Notes: generated by a model not told the origin, from the letters alone. Positions 22,624 through 33,494 are shown, counted from the first letter of the stretch. The stretch: 64,000 nt of DNA from an uncultured delta proteobacterium (GCA_963745835.1 CAVUZH010000014.1:160001-224000); one strand, 5' to 3'. Made by a program: numbers and translations.

Positions 22624-23808
22624 TTAACGAGATAGCGCTCCCCGGGCCTGAGTCTTCAACATCAGGAAATAAATCTTCCCGGGGCTATTCATATAACCCG
22701 CGTGAGCGCCCGCATCATCACCGCTGCCCATATACAGATCCGCGCGTTGAAAACCGCGGATCGCCCCGCCGGTATCTTGATTGAGCACAAAGCGAACAAA
22801 AGGCCGCCAGCCAATCAATCGCCCGGCGGCATTCAGAACCGGACTTTCACTGTAGATCAGCGCCGCGGCTCCCTTTGGAAAAAGACGAGAATCGGTCGCA
22901 ATCGATCGTCCCGTAGTCACCGGCACTTCGAGACTGCCAAAAGGACCTGTTTCAGTAACCCGGAAAAAGACGTAACTCTCATTATGCGCCATGATCTCGT
23001 CGCGCTGCTCAGGATTTTCCGCCAAGTGACGGCGTAAGCGCTGCATCGACATCTCGGTTTGGGAGATTTTGCCTTGATCGATGAGTAGCCGGCCGATGCT
23101 CCGATAGGGACGGCCGTTTTGACCGGCATAACCGATATGCACCTGCCTTCCATCCGGCAGGCGCAAAACACCTGAACCCTGGATGTGAAGAAAGAATAAC
23201 TCGATGGGATCCTTGACCCAGGCGATCTCAAGCCCGCGCCCGCGCAACAATTTCGCGTAATCAATCTCGCGCCGAGTGTAGTAAGGAGCAAAGCGGTCGC
23301 CCTCGACTCGCCCACTGATTTTTCCTGCAGTTTCGTCGGAACCTGCCGCAACGCCACCAAGGGTCACCAGATCCGTCGGTTTGCCATAGATCGGATAGCG
23401 GTATTCGCTGGTTTCGACAAGATTGCCTTCGATGACCGGTTGATAGTAGCCGGTAAATAACACTTCTCTCTGCTGTTCATCTGGGGTTGACGGTACCAGC
23501 TCAAAACGGGATTGAAATTCTTCAACGAAACACTGCCAACAGCTCCAGCGATCAAGCAGTCGATGGAGAGCCGCAAGGCTGGTCAGGACTTGTCCGGCAT
23601 TAACTTGCCGGGGTTGCTCTCCGACGATGCGATCTGCTGGAAGCTTCCTCAAATAGGATATGCTGCGATCGATAGCGAGCCGGAGCGACTCACTATCGAG
23701 GTCGTCCGTGATCGGCAGCGTGGATGCGACGATCTGGCCATGAACCAGTTGAATTCCGAGTAACAGCCACGTGAGCAAACCGAACAGCGCGAGAATTGGT
23801 TTCCGCAC
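22624..23808 (-). CDS. mltA: Lytic murein transglycosylase MltA family
   Basis: FTGYYQP, FFLHIQGSG, YAGQNGRPY, QDTGGAIRG and RADLY motifs; GTG start after AAGGAG. Confidence 0.9.
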   Translation of the reverse strand: MRKPILALFGLLTWLLLGIQLVHGQIVASTLPITDDLDSESLRLAIDRSISYLRKLPADRIVGEQPRQVNAGQVLTSLAALHRLLDRWSCWQCFVEEFQSRFELVPSTPDEQQREVLFTGYYQPVIEGNLVETSEYRYPIYGKPTDLVTLGGVAAGSDETAGKISGRVEGDRFAPYYTRREIDYAKLLRGRGLEIAWVKDPIELFFLHIQGSGVLRLPDGRQVHIGYAGQNGRPYRSIGRLLIDQGKISQTEMSMQRLRRHLAENPEQRDEIMAHNESYVFFRVTETGPFGSLEVPVTTGRSIATDSRLFPKGAAALIYSESPVLNAAGRLIGWRPFVRFVLNQDTGGAIRGFQRADLYMGSGDDAGAHAGYMNSPGKIYFLMLKTQARGALSR

Positions 23809-23854
23809 GGATACTCCTTGAACTCGACTGTCCATTCGTGCAAGCATTTTAGCA

Positions 23855-24223
23855 TTGAATGACAAAGAATTAAGAGAAGAAGCTGCCCGCGTGCTCGACG
23901 AATTACCCGAGGAGTTCCGAAGGCAGTTGCATAATCTCGAGATCGTAGTGCAGAAAAGACCGAGCAAACATCAGTTGGCGGAAATGGATTTAGATTCTCA
24001 CGAAGAGATCATCTACGGGCTCTACGAAGGAATCCCTTTGCCCGACCGGTCCGCGTTCGATCCGCCTATCCTGCCGGACAAAATAACTCTGTTCTCCGAA
24101 CCTCTGCTCAGCGACTTCCCTGATCCCGATGAACTGCGCGAACAGATTCGACTTACCGTAATACACGAGATCGGCCACTACTTCGGTATGGACGACGATC
24201 AAATCGAAAAGCTGGGTTATTAA
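23855..24223 (+). CDS. Minimal zincin-like metallopeptidase
   Basis: GLYEGIP, PDKITLF and HEIGHYFG motifs. Confidence 0.88.
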   Translation: MNDKELREEAARVLDELPEEFRRQLHNLEIVVQKRPSKHQLAEMDLDSHEEIIYGLYEGIPLPDRSAFDPPILPDKITLFSEPLLSDFPDPDELREQIRLTVIHEIGHYFGMDDDQIEKLGY

Positions 24224-24404
24224 CTTGAAGCGATCCGCGGTCAGAACGAACCGAGAAACCATCAGTGATTAAATCTGAACAAACTGCTCCCTCACCGCGA
24301 ACCACTCATTCTGATCCTGACATCCGATAGTGGACCCATTGAGAGTCATTTCGGATCAAGTCCCGCGACTTTAGCCTATTGGATGCTGGGCGATGTTCCA
24401 CCGC

Positions 24405-24647
24405 TCAGGTTTCGATGCCGATGAGCTCCATTATTTTGATCTGATCAAAGCCGACTACCGCTTCCCCGTCGACGATCGTCACGGGCGTGCTTTGATAGCC
24501 CATGTCGATCAACTCTTTTAATGCCGCCTTATCGGCGCGCACATTTTTTTCCACGAACTCGACGCCCTTTTGAGATAGAAACTCCACCTCCTTGTGACAA
24601 GGTCCTCAACCCGGCTGCGTGTAGACGACGATTGTTTTTGCCGCCAT
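24405..24647 (-). CDS. Glutaredoxin/NrdH-like selenoprotein (UGPC motif)
   Basis: GGAGG RBS; MAAKTIVVYTQPG-TGA-GPCHKEVEFL...STPV..VVGFD; TGA at 24606-24608 occupies the first Cys of CxxC; hairpin downstream. Confidence 0.88.
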
Positions 24648-24852
24648 CCTTACCTCCATAAGCGATTTCTACTCATAGTATCTTTTTGCAACTTGTGATG
24701 AAAGACGTAGCGTCGGCTATTACAAGGTCACCTCCAATTACTAAATAAGCTTTTGTGCATTGCCGATGCAGGTTACATGTTTCAAAGGCCGAGCCGGTTT
24801 GTTAATTTACTGATAGCTTTGTCATGTCTGAACAGAGACTTAAAAAATAACT

Positions 24853-26703
24853 ATGCGAATTTCAAAATCTGACTCGAAGCGCGCTTGCGTACTTGGGCTT
24901 TCTATTGGTCTCGGCTTACTGTTTGCGTTTTCTGCTTGGTCTCTCGATAGCCGGTCTCTAACATCGAGCGTTAACGTTCTGACAACTCATGCGCGATTCC
25001 TCTCATCCGAGAAGCTCACGGGCCGAGGCATCGATACTCCTGGTATAACGGTTGCGCGTGACTACATCGCCGGCGAGTTTGCCAGGCTCGGCCTGACACC
25101 TGGAGGTGACAACGGCAGCTACCTGCAATCCTTTGACGTTGCCACGGGTGTAAGGGTCAATCAACCTACAAGCCTCACCTTGGACAATCGACCAGCTCTG
25201 ACACTGAACCAGGATTGGACTCCATTAGGTTTTTCCGCTTCAAAAAAAATAGAAGCCCCGGTCGTGTTCGCGGGCTATGGCATTACCATAAAAGAGTATG
25301 GTTATGATGACTATCGGGACATTGATGCCAAAGGGAAAATTGTCATTGTCTTGCGCTACGAACCGCCGCCCAAGCACGCCAACAGCCCGTTCCGTAACTA
25401 TCCTAACAATTCGCTTCATGCTGCGCTCCGTACCAAAGCAAATAATGCGCGGGATCACGGCGCTGTCGGCATGATCTTGGTGGATCTGCATCATCAAGAC
25501 AATGCCAAAGGTGAACTCATCTCCACCAAAAACAGCTTGTGGCGCGGCGGGACCGGTTTGGTAGCCGTGCAGGCGGGGCGCGCACCAATCGAAAACTGGT
25601 TGGAGAGCCATGGTGTTTCGCTAACAGAGTTGCGCGGCAAAATCGATTCTGAGGAAAAACCGGCGTCCATGGAGGTGCCCGCCAGCACGGTGAAATTAGA
25701 AGTGAATCTGGAAGAGATTCGACAGCCCACAGAGAACGTTGTCGCCGTTCTTCCCGGTTCGGATCCTTATCTAAAAAATGACGGTGTGGTGATTGGCGCG
25801 CATTACGATCACATCGGCTTTGGCCACTATGGCACCCGCACTTCGAGCACTGAGGGACAGATTCATCATGGCGCCGATGACAATGCCTCGGGCACTGCTG
25901 TACTGCTGGATCTCGCGCGGCAACTGAGCGAAAGCGATATCAAACCGGCAAGGACGGTCGTCTTTGCCGCCTTCTCGGCGGAGGAATTAGGACTCTTCGG
26001 ATCGCGACACTATGTCAATCATCCCGCCGTCCCACTATTTTCGACCAAGGCAATGATCAACCTCGACATGGTGGGCCGTTTACGCGACGGGCGAGTGACC
26101 GTATTCGGCACACGTACTGCCCAAGAATTTAGCGGCATCGTAAAGAGTGCGGCCACGGAATTGGGACTGGAGATTGGCGAGTCCGATGGGATTGGACGGA
26201 GCGATCACATGGCTTTTTACAGCAAAAAGATTCCTGCGCTTCATTTCTTTACTGGCGTGCATTCCGATTATCATGCGCCCGGCGATACTTGGGACAAGCT
26301 CAATCTCGAAGGAATGGCGAAGATCAGCGAGCTGGTTTTGGCTACGATTCGGTCAATCGTTAACACCAATGCACCATTGAACTTTGTCAGCCTGCCATCA
26401 GTACCGCGCGCACAGGCGATCAGCGAAGGCCCGGCTTCGACGACCTATCTTGGCAGTATTCCGGACTATTCGGGGACGGACGAAGGGGTGCGGCTCGCCG
26501 GAGTTTCGGCCGGAAGCCCGGCTGCGCTGGCCGGTCTTCGTGCCGGAGATGTGATCGTCATGTTGGCTGAAACCAAGGTTCAAAATCTGGAGGATCTGAT
26601 GCTCGCCTTAGTCAGCAAGAAACCTGGTGATGAGGTCGAGATCGTCGTGCTTAGAGGAACGCAACCGCTCAAGCTTAAGGCAGTGCTCCGGGCTCGGGGT
26701 TAG
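24853..26703 (+). CDS. M28 family aminopeptidase with PA and C-terminal PDZ domains
   Basis: Signal peptide, GAHYDH, GADDNASG, AEELG, NLDMVG, SDH and DYH motifs; PDZ-like SPAALAGLRAGDVI. Confidence 0.92.
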   Translation: MRISKSDSKRACVLGLSIGLGLLFAFSAWSLDSRSLTSSVNVLTTHARFLSSEKLTGRGIDTPGITVARDYIAGEFARLGLTPGGDNGSYLQSFDVATGVRVNQPTSLTLDNRPALTLNQDWTPLGFSASKKIEAPVVFAGYGITIKEYGYDDYRDIDAKGKIVIVLRYEPPPKHANSPFRNYPNNSLHAALRTKANNARDHGAVGMILVDLHHQDNAKGELISTKNSLWRGGTGLVAVQAGRAPIENWLESHGVSLTELRGKIDSEEKPASMEVPASTVKLEVNLEEIRQPTENVVAVLPGSDPYLKNDGVVIGAHYDHIGFGHYGTRTSSTEGQIHHGADDNASGTAVLLDLARQLSESDIKPARTVVFAAFSAEELGLFGSRHYVNHPAVPLFSTKAMINLDMVGRLRDGRVTVFGTRTAQEFSGIVKSAATELGLEIGESDGIGRSDHMAFYSKKIPALHFFTGVHSDYHAPGDTWDKLNLEGMAKISELVLATIRSIVNTNAPLNFVSLPSVPRAQAISEGPASTTYLGSIPDYSGTDEGVRLAGVSAGSPAALAGLRAGDVIVMLAETKVQNLEDLMLALVSKKPGDEVEIVVLRGTQPLKLKAVLRARG

Positions 26704-26932
26704 CCCGTGCGGTGAGTCGCGGGCGTAAAACTGCTTCGACCTTGAACGAAGAACTAGATCAAGCCCCGGCGTAGCGATAAGTCTTCCTCTTAGACGGACC
26801 ATCCTCCCGAGTCTGCGCCGGTAAACACACATGTTTTCGCCGCCAGTCTAAGGAAAAATGCTCGCAGCGTGTAATACCTTATGTTAGTATAAATTCAGTG
26901 AATGCTGTGGTGACACTTCTAGGAGGCTGATG

Positions 26933-27538
26933 ATGATCAAGTTGTATACTTTCCCCCCGTCCACTAATTCCCGCAAAGTTAGAATTGCGCTGATTGAGAA
27001 AGGATTGGAATTCGAGCGAGTCAATGTCGACCTTACCAAGCGGGAGCAGAAAAACCCGGAGTACCTCAAACTTCATCCGTTCGGTCAGATTCCAACTTTG
27101 GACGACGAGGGATTTGTTATCTACGATTCGACCATCATCAACGAATACCTGGAGGACGAGTATCCTTATCCGCCATTGATGCCCAAAGACTCGGAAGGAC
27201 GTGCCCGGGCGCGCTTAATGGAGGATTTTCGCGACAATCACTTCAATGCTCATTTTGTTCACATCATTCAGGAGATTCGCAAACCGGAAGGCGAAAGGGA
27301 CAGCCAGCGGATGGACAACGCGAAGGCAGAAATCGCAAAAGCGTTCGACCGAATTGAATGGGAATTGGAAGGGAAAGAGTATTTGGCCGGCGCTTTCAGT
27401 CTCGGGGATATAGCTTTTATGCCGAACATCGACCTGCTGGATCGTTTTGGTATCGCTGTCGATCCGAACTATAAAAACACAACTGCCTGGATCGAACGTC
27501 TGAAAGCGCGGCCCAGCTTTGCCGCTTCAGCGACATAA
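26933..27538 (+). CDS. Glutathione S-transferase family protein
   Basis: HPFGQIPTL, YDSTIINEYL, FSLGDI and RPS motifs; GGAGG RBS. Confidence 0.93.
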   Translation: MIKLYTFPPSTNSRKVRIALIEKGLEFERVNVDLTKREQKNPEYLKLHPFGQIPTLDDEGFVIYDSTIINEYLEDEYPYPPLMPKDSEGRARARLMEDFRDNHFNAHFVHIIQEIRKPEGERDSQRMDNAKAEIAKAFDRIEWELEGKEYLAGAFSLGDIAFMPNIDLLDRFGIAVDPNYKNTTAWIERLKARPSFAASAT

Positions 27539-27546
27539 GCGGTTGG

Positions 27547-28263
27547 ATGACCGCACGCCTGATCTTCGCTTGGCTAGTTCATCTTTACAGCGCCCTCGGG
27601 GCAGTCATCGCCTTTATAGCGATTCTCTTCATTGAGCAGCTTCGTCTTCAAGAAACTTTCTTTCTAATGACATTAGCCGTCGCAATCGACGCTTCGGATG
27701 GCACTCTTGCGAGAGCGGCGCGGGTCAAAGAGTTGCTGCCGAACTTCGATGGAGACCGCCTGGAAGACATCATTGATTACTCCAACTATGTCGTCGTGCC
27801 GTGTCTGTTGCTCATCCGCGCCAATTTGTTGCCGTCTCAGGATGCGCTCTGGTTGATTGCTTTTCCTTTGCTGGCAAGCGCTTACGGCTTCTGTCAGAAA
27901 CAAGCCAAAACGGCCGATCATTTTTTCTTGGGGTTTCCCTCGTACTGGAATATCGTGGCTTTGTACCTCTACGTCCTAAGGGCCCCGCTTTGGTTCAACG
28001 CCTTTTTGATTCTGGCGTTAGCGATCCTTGTGTTCGTGCCGATTAGATATATATATCCAAGCCGGAGCCCGTACTTGCGTTCCTGGACAAACACTCTGGG
28101 CATTCTCTGGGGCCTCGCGATTTTGGCTATAATTTACTGGCTGCCTGACCCACCGCGTGAGATTGTTTTGGTCTCTCTTATCTTTCCAATTTACTACGTC
28201 TGCCTTTCCTTCTGGCTTGAATTGCGCCGGGTCAGACTCGAACATAACGAAAGTCCAGGTTAG
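27547..28263 (+). CDS. CDP-alcohol phosphatidyltransferase (phosphatidylcholine synthase-like)
   Basis: DASDGTLAR...DGDRLEDIID signature and FLGFPSYWN. Confidence 0.85.
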   Translation: MTARLIFAWLVHLYSALGAVIAFIAILFIEQLRLQETFFLMTLAVAIDASDGTLARAARVKELLPNFDGDRLEDIIDYSNYVVVPCLLLIRANLLPSQDALWLIAFPLLASAYGFCQKQAKTADHFFLGFPSYWNIVALYLYVLRAPLWFNAFLILALAILVFVPIRYIYPSRSPYLRSWTNTLGILWGLAILAIIYWLPDPPREIVLVSLIFPIYYVCLSFWLELRRVRLEHNESPG

Positions 28264-28264
28264 G

Positions 28265-29704
28265 ATGACCCAATTTCTTCGTCGCTCACTCGCCTGCGCT
28301 GTCGCGGTCTCGCTGCTAGTTGGCGGCTGGCTCATAATCAGAGCGGGCGCAGGGCAAAGCCAATCGACCTTCCCTAAGTACATTTTTTTATTCCTTGCAG
28401 ACGGCGGCGGCATCGCCCACCTCGAGATCACCCGTCAATACAACCGACAAGTGTATAATGAAGGAATGGTGATCAGCGACAGGATCATGAAGGAAGGAAG
28501 CGTCGGTCTAATGACAACGCATGCGGCGAATTCCCTTTCCACGGATTCCGCCGCCGCGGCCACCGCTCTGGCCAGTGGGTGTAAAGCCAACATCGGCGCC
28601 TTGGGTGTGTGCGCCGACGGCTCGGTACCGAGTACGGTGATGGAGCAGGCCAAAAAACGCGGCATGCGCATTGGGCTTGTAACGAATTCAACCGTCTACG
28701 ACGCCAGTCCCGCGGCGTTTGTCTGCCATGTTCCCAATCGTCGGCATTTCGCCTCGATCATCGATCGTTATCTTGAGCTCGAGCCGGACGTCATTCTCGG
28801 CGGTGGCAAAGAGCACTTTGTGCCCAAGGGCCAGCCCGGAAGCCGGCGCAACGACGAAACCGATGCGATCGCCGCCTTCCAAAAAAAAGGCTATCAGAAG
28901 GTTAGCAACAAACTCGAGCTTGAGCGGACTTCAGGTGGCAAACTTCTCGGCCTGTTCAGCGATAAAGAGATGAGCTTTGAGATTGAACGCAAAAAAAACA
29001 GCGAGCCATCGGTCTACGACATGACCCGTGCCGCGATTCGTAATCTGCACGATGATAATCCACATGGATTTTTCGCATTCATAGAAAACGAGAACATCGA
29101 TACCGCGAGCCATCTCTCCGATATCGCGGCCGTGATCCATGATTACCGCGAATTCGACCGCGCCGTCGCACTCGCCTACGAGTTTTACAAGAAGTACCCG
29201 CGCGAGACCCTGATCCTGGTTACCTCGGATCATGAGACCGGCGGGTTGGGTTTTACCATGGCTTTGAAAGATCTAAGCAGCACAAGATCGGACAACCAGG
29301 CAGCGGCCACCAACGCTGACCTAAAGAAGCTTCAAGCCATCACCATTTCGCTTCAGCAAGCGTCGCGGATTCTCGGACCGGCGCCTACGGAAGAGGGCGT
29401 CGATAAACTGATGCGGGAGCACTTCAGCGGATTCGCGCTGGCGCCGGAATTCAAACAAGCGATCATCGCCCGCCAGCCGCCGTCGCGCACGCTGTATATC
29501 GATCCAACCGCTCATGCTCTGGGATTGATGATCGCCAACAACACGCAAGCTTATTGGCAGACATCCTCGCATACCAACAATCCGGTTGCGGTCGCGGCAC
29601 TTGGAGTCGGCTCAGAACAATTCAAAGGATATTACGACAACGCTGATTTCGGCAAGAAGTTGTTAGCGCTCCTGGACGACAGCAGAACTTTACTCCGACG
29701 CTAG
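28265..29704 (+). CDS. Alkaline phosphatase family protein
   Basis: FLADG, TDSAAAAT (catalytic Ser), IDTASH, TSDHETGG and SHT motifs; signal peptide from ATG 28265. Confidence 0.88.
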   Translation: MTQFLRRSLACAVAVSLLVGGWLIIRAGAGQSQSTFPKYIFLFLADGGGIAHLEITRQYNRQVYNEGMVISDRIMKEGSVGLMTTHAANSLSTDSAAAATALASGCKANIGALGVCADGSVPSTVMEQAKKRGMRIGLVTNSTVYDASPAAFVCHVPNRRHFASIIDRYLELEPDVILGGGKEHFVPKGQPGSRRNDETDAIAAFQKKGYQKVSNKLELERTSGGKLLGLFSDKEMSFEIERKKNSEPSVYDMTRAAIRNLHDDNPHGFFAFIENENIDTASHLSDIAAVIHDYREFDRAVALAYEFYKKYPRETLILVTSDHETGGLGFTMALKDLSSTRSDNQAAATNADLKKLQAITISLQQASRILGPAPTEEGVDKLMREHFSGFALAPEFKQAIIARQPPSRTLYIDPTAHALGLMIANNTQAYWQTSSHTNNPVAVAALGVGSEQFKGYYDNADFGKKLLALLDDSRTLLRR

Positions 29705-29745
29705 CCGGCAGCCAACGATCCTGGTCGGGCCGGAGCGTGGTTAAC

Positions 29746-30870
29746 TTACCCCGCCACCGATACTCCAAACAACCAGCCCGCACCATAGGTGATTGCCGAG
29801 GCCAGCAAGCCGATACCCAGCATGCGCAGCCCGCTTATCCATGGCCCCTTCGCCGTAAAGATCGAGATAATCGCGCCCACGCCTAACAGTGCTAGACAGC
29901 TAAGCAACCCACTCGCGAACCAAGCAACTTGTCCGGAACTAAACAGATAAGGCAGCACCGGAATCAATGCGCCGACTATGAAAGCTAGAAACGAGCTCAG
30001 CGCCGCGGTCCAAGGCGATCCCAGCTCCGAAGGATTCAAGCCCAACTCTTCACGGGCGAGCGTATCAATAGCGGTCTTCGGATTGGAGATAATGCGTCGC
30101 GCCAGCATCGCAGCCTCTCTCTCGGGGATTCCCTTGGCTTGGTAAATTAACGAGAGCTCCTCCTCTTCCTCCTTGGGTGACATCTCCAACTCTTGTTGCT
30201 CCATAGCGATCTGCTGCTCGAAGAGTTCGCGCTGCGCGCGCATCGAGACATATTCACCCGCTGCCATTGAGAACGATCCCGCTAATAACCCGGCCACGCC
30301 GGCGAGCAGAACATACTCAGGCCTCGCATCAGCGCCCGCAAAGCCCATGACCAGACTGAAATTCGAAACCAGTCCATCGTTGATGCCGAAAACAGCGGCG
30401 CGCAGGCTGCCACCCCGCGATATCACGTGCCATCGTTCGCTGCCGATAATTGCGTCTTGGCTGGAAATCCCTTCGTCCATGGCGCGCAATGCGCGGCTGT
30501 GCGCTCTCTCCTCGGCTGGCAATCCAGCTGCCTCCGGCTGATTTAAGTATCCCGGCTCATCGCTGGCTTCCAGGCTACTGATAATTGGGATCACTCGATG
30601 GGTGCCGAAGTGCTTCGCCATCCAGCCCAGCACCCGGACCCGGACTGTGGGACGATATTCCGGCACTTGAAATCCGGCCGCCTCGATAAGCCGCACCCAC
30701 CGCCGCGCATGTCGCTCCTCGGTCTGCGCCATTTTTCGAAAAATCACCGCGCGCTTCTCGTCTTTTTCAGCGGCGGCCAGTGCGCGATAGAGCTCAATGC
30801 CGTCCATTTCGACGAGATAGTTTTGTCGGTAACGCGCAACATCCGCTGCACTGATCTCCTGCGTAGGCAT
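29746..30870 (-). CDS. Rubrerythrin/ferritin-like domain fused to a VIT1/CCC1 transporter (MbfA-like)
   Basis: E..H pairs (EERH, ERAH) followed by FGINDGLVS and SMAAGEYVS. Confidence 0.9.
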   Translation of the reverse strand: MPTQEISAADVARYRQNYLVEMDGIELYRALAAAEKDEKRAVIFRKMAQTEERHARRWVRLIEAAGFQVPEYRPTVRVRVLGWMAKHFGTHRVIPIISSLEASDEPGYLNQPEAAGLPAEERAHSRALRAMDEGISSQDAIIGSERWHVISRGGSLRAAVFGINDGLVSNFSLVMGFAGADARPEYVLLAGVAGLLAGSFSMAAGEYVSMRAQRELFEQQIAMEQQELEMSPKEEEEELSLIYQAKGIPEREAAMLARRIISNPKTAIDTLAREELGLNPSELGSPWTAALSSFLAFIVGALIPVLPYLFSSGQVAWFASGLLSCLALLGVGAIISIFTAKGPWISGLRMLGIGLLASAITYGAGWLFGVSVAG

Positions 30871-31050
30871 CACGCGTCCTTTGCCAAGCCGTAACTTCGC
30901 TTCATTTTCTCGGCATTCTATCTCGGCTTGTTACCCAGGGAATTGCTCGGACTGCCCTGCAAGGTTCATCCTTGCCACAGGGCGGCTTGCCTAGTCAAAT
31001 TTTATTCATTCGCCTTGCATGCACTGATAAATTCATTCTAGGTTAGCAGC

Positions 31051-32259
31051 ATGCTGAGTTTTGTCGACGTTGAAGAAGCACGAAAACGCATCCGCGACCA
31101 AATCTACCTCTCGCCCCTCTCGTATTCCGAAACCATTAGCCGGATGAGCAGCAGTGAAGTCTTTTTCAAGTTGGATAACTTGCAAATGACCGGCTCATTC
31201 AAAGAACGGGGCGCGCTCAACCGTTTGCTGACCCTGACGACGGACGAGGGCGAGCGCGGTGTGATTGCCGCTAGCGCCGGCAATCACGGTATGGCAGTGG
31301 CATTTCACAGTCGGCGCCTGAATGTTGAGTCCACGATAGTTATGCCGGTTCATGCCCCGCTGATCAAAGTGGGACGGGTGCGACTATACGGCGCACAGAC
31401 CATATTGCATGGCGAAGATTACGATGGAGCTTTCACCGAAGCCCAGCGGCTGAGCCAGGAAAGAGGGTTGACGTTCCTGCACGCGTTCAATGATCCGACA
31501 ATCATCGCCGGTCAAGGCACCATCGGTCTCGAGCTCTATGAGCAAAATTCACATTTAGACGCCGTTATCGTCCCGGTGGGCGGCGGAGGTTTAATTGCCG
31601 GTACCGCACTGGTCCTCAAGGTTCTCAATCCGCATATTCAAATCATCGGCGTACAGGCGGAGGCCATACCCTCTATGAAAGCGGCACTGGAGATAGGTGC
31701 GCCGATTAGGCTCGCGCCGGCAACCACGATCGCCGACGGCATCGCAGTGCGCAGAGTCGGCGAGACAGCATTGGAGCTGGTCAAACAGCACGTCGATGAG
31801 ATTGTCACAGTAACCGAAGGTGAAATTGCCAATGCTGTGCTGCTTTTATTAGAGATAGAAAAGACCATCGCCGAAGGCGCCGCTGCGGCTCCCCTCGCCG
31901 CGCTCATCAACAAGAAGGTCTCTTTACGAGACAAGAACATTGCCCTGATCGTTTCCGGCGGCAATATCGACGTCAATCTGATATCGCGGATTATCGAAAA
32001 AGGACTCATTCAAGATGGACGACTGAGCCGTTTTTCCGTGGTAATCTCGGATCGGCCGGGGAATCTGGCAAGGCTCACTCAACGAATCGCCGACCTCGAT
32101 GCCAATATCTTGCAAATCGGCCAGAGCCGCGGCTTCGGCCGAATTGCCATTGATCAAACGGAAGTCGAACTAGTGGTCGAGACAGCCGGTTTGGATCATG
32201 TCGAACGGATTAGAAACCAGTTGAGCAAAGACGGCTTTCAAGTTCGATGGGAAAGTTAA
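31051..32259 (+). CDS. ilvA: Threonine ammonia-lyase with C-terminal ACT domain
   Basis: TGSFKERG, SAGNHG, VGGGGL, SGGNID and DRPG motifs. Confidence 0.93.
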   Translation: MLSFVDVEEARKRIRDQIYLSPLSYSETISRMSSSEVFFKLDNLQMTGSFKERGALNRLLTLTTDEGERGVIAASAGNHGMAVAFHSRRLNVESTIVMPVHAPLIKVGRVRLYGAQTILHGEDYDGAFTEAQRLSQERGLTFLHAFNDPTIIAGQGTIGLELYEQNSHLDAVIVPVGGGGLIAGTALVLKVLNPHIQIIGVQAEAIPSMKAALEIGAPIRLAPATTIADGIAVRRVGETALELVKQHVDEIVTVTEGEIANAVLLLLEIEKTIAEGAAAAPLAALINKKVSLRDKNIALIVSGGNIDVNLISRIIEKGLIQDGRLSRFSVVISDRPGNLARLTQRIADLDANILQIGQSRGFGRIAIDQTEVELVVETAGLDHVERIRNQLSKDGFQVRWES

Positions 32260-32479
32260 ACGCGCGTCGCTTTAAGCGCGTGATGCACTTTGGACGCCGT
32301 ATCGTTTTTATCAACTGAGGGCGAAAATTGAAATCAAACGGATCGGGGATGACTTCAATGAAGACTATCCGCGCAGTCACATCCTGTTGATTCAGAAAAA
32401 CTACCTGCCTGTTTGGATCGCAGTGCTAGTTGGCAAATTAGCAACTGGATATTACATTATAAATGGAGGTGTGATTTCT

Positions 32480-32707
32480 ATGAAGACGATCAAGAAAAAA
32501 CTGCTCATCTTAGTGATCGCGGCGGTTATGATTGCGCCTGCGGGTTGTAAGAGGAGCGAGGATGGTGAAGGCTCTGCAGAACAAGCCGGTAGAAAGATCG
32601 ACAACGTTCTCGAAAAAGCCGGTCAGGAAACCGGTAAGCTAATGGAACGAGTGGGCGAGTCCATGCAGAAGGCGGGAGAAAACATGCAAGACAGTTCGAA
32701 AAAATAG
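32480..32707 (+). CDS. Small lipoprotein
   Basis: GGAGGTG RBS, basic N-terminus, hydrophobic core, APAGC lipobox, AEQAGRKID repeat-like body. Confidence 0.75.
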   Translation: MKTIKKKLLILVIAAVMIAPAGCKRSEDGEGSAEQAGRKIDNVLEKAGQETGKLMERVGESMQKAGENMQDSSKK

Positions 32708-33478
32708 CGTTACAAAAGAAGAGTCCACCACGAAATTAGATCCTTCAGCAGCATCGGCAAGCTTCGGACGTTGCTTGCTGATCACCTTCTCACGAACTCA
32801 CCTACACAGCTAAGTCCGCGAAGCAAACCGCTTCATCTCAGTCGTATTAGCTGAGCGTCATCAACGCAGTCCGATTACATGGGATTATTTGAGACAACAC
32901 GAGCTACTCCGCGCCATATAACGGATCTCTCTTCCTTGGCATTTTCCGATTGAATCCTCCCCGCAGCACTATGTGCGACGTAATAAACGTTCTGATAGCA
33001 GTTGGTGTTCGGTTCGAGGTTATTTTCACCTATCACATCATTTTTGCGCTTTGAGATAATTTTGCGAGCCAAGCTCGCGCAAGTATCTCTCGAGTTAAAC
33101 GGCTTGTAGCGTTTGTCATGAGTCGATGGACTTTGTTGACACTCTTTTTCCCGTTTAACGCTCCTAAGTGCGCAAAGGAAACATAACAGGTTGTTATCTA
33201 CCGCTAACTGAGCGCGCATCAATGTCATTAAATGCAGTAATCCAGTTGTAAGCACACTACCTCAACCTCACACTCATAGAAGAGCATTCAGGCGTTACAG
33301 ATCGTTCGGCTAATCTTGGAGGAATCTTTCGGTCCTTCGTCCACGACCCGCGCCCAGGGAACTAAGCGAACAGTAATGTCTCCAACAGCGCAAATACTTC
33401 GTGCGCAATATCAGACGAAAACTTCCTTCGAACCCCTAAACTGACTCATGCGGGAGAAGCAAAGAAGCACCATTTCAA

Positions 33479-33494
33479 TGGCATATGTGTTGCT
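33479..33494 (+). promoter_or_regulatory. Sigma54 (-24/-12) promoter
   Basis: TGGCAT-ATGTG-TTGCT with exact GG-N10-GC spacing, about 200 nt upstream of the surface-protein gene. Confidence 0.65.
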
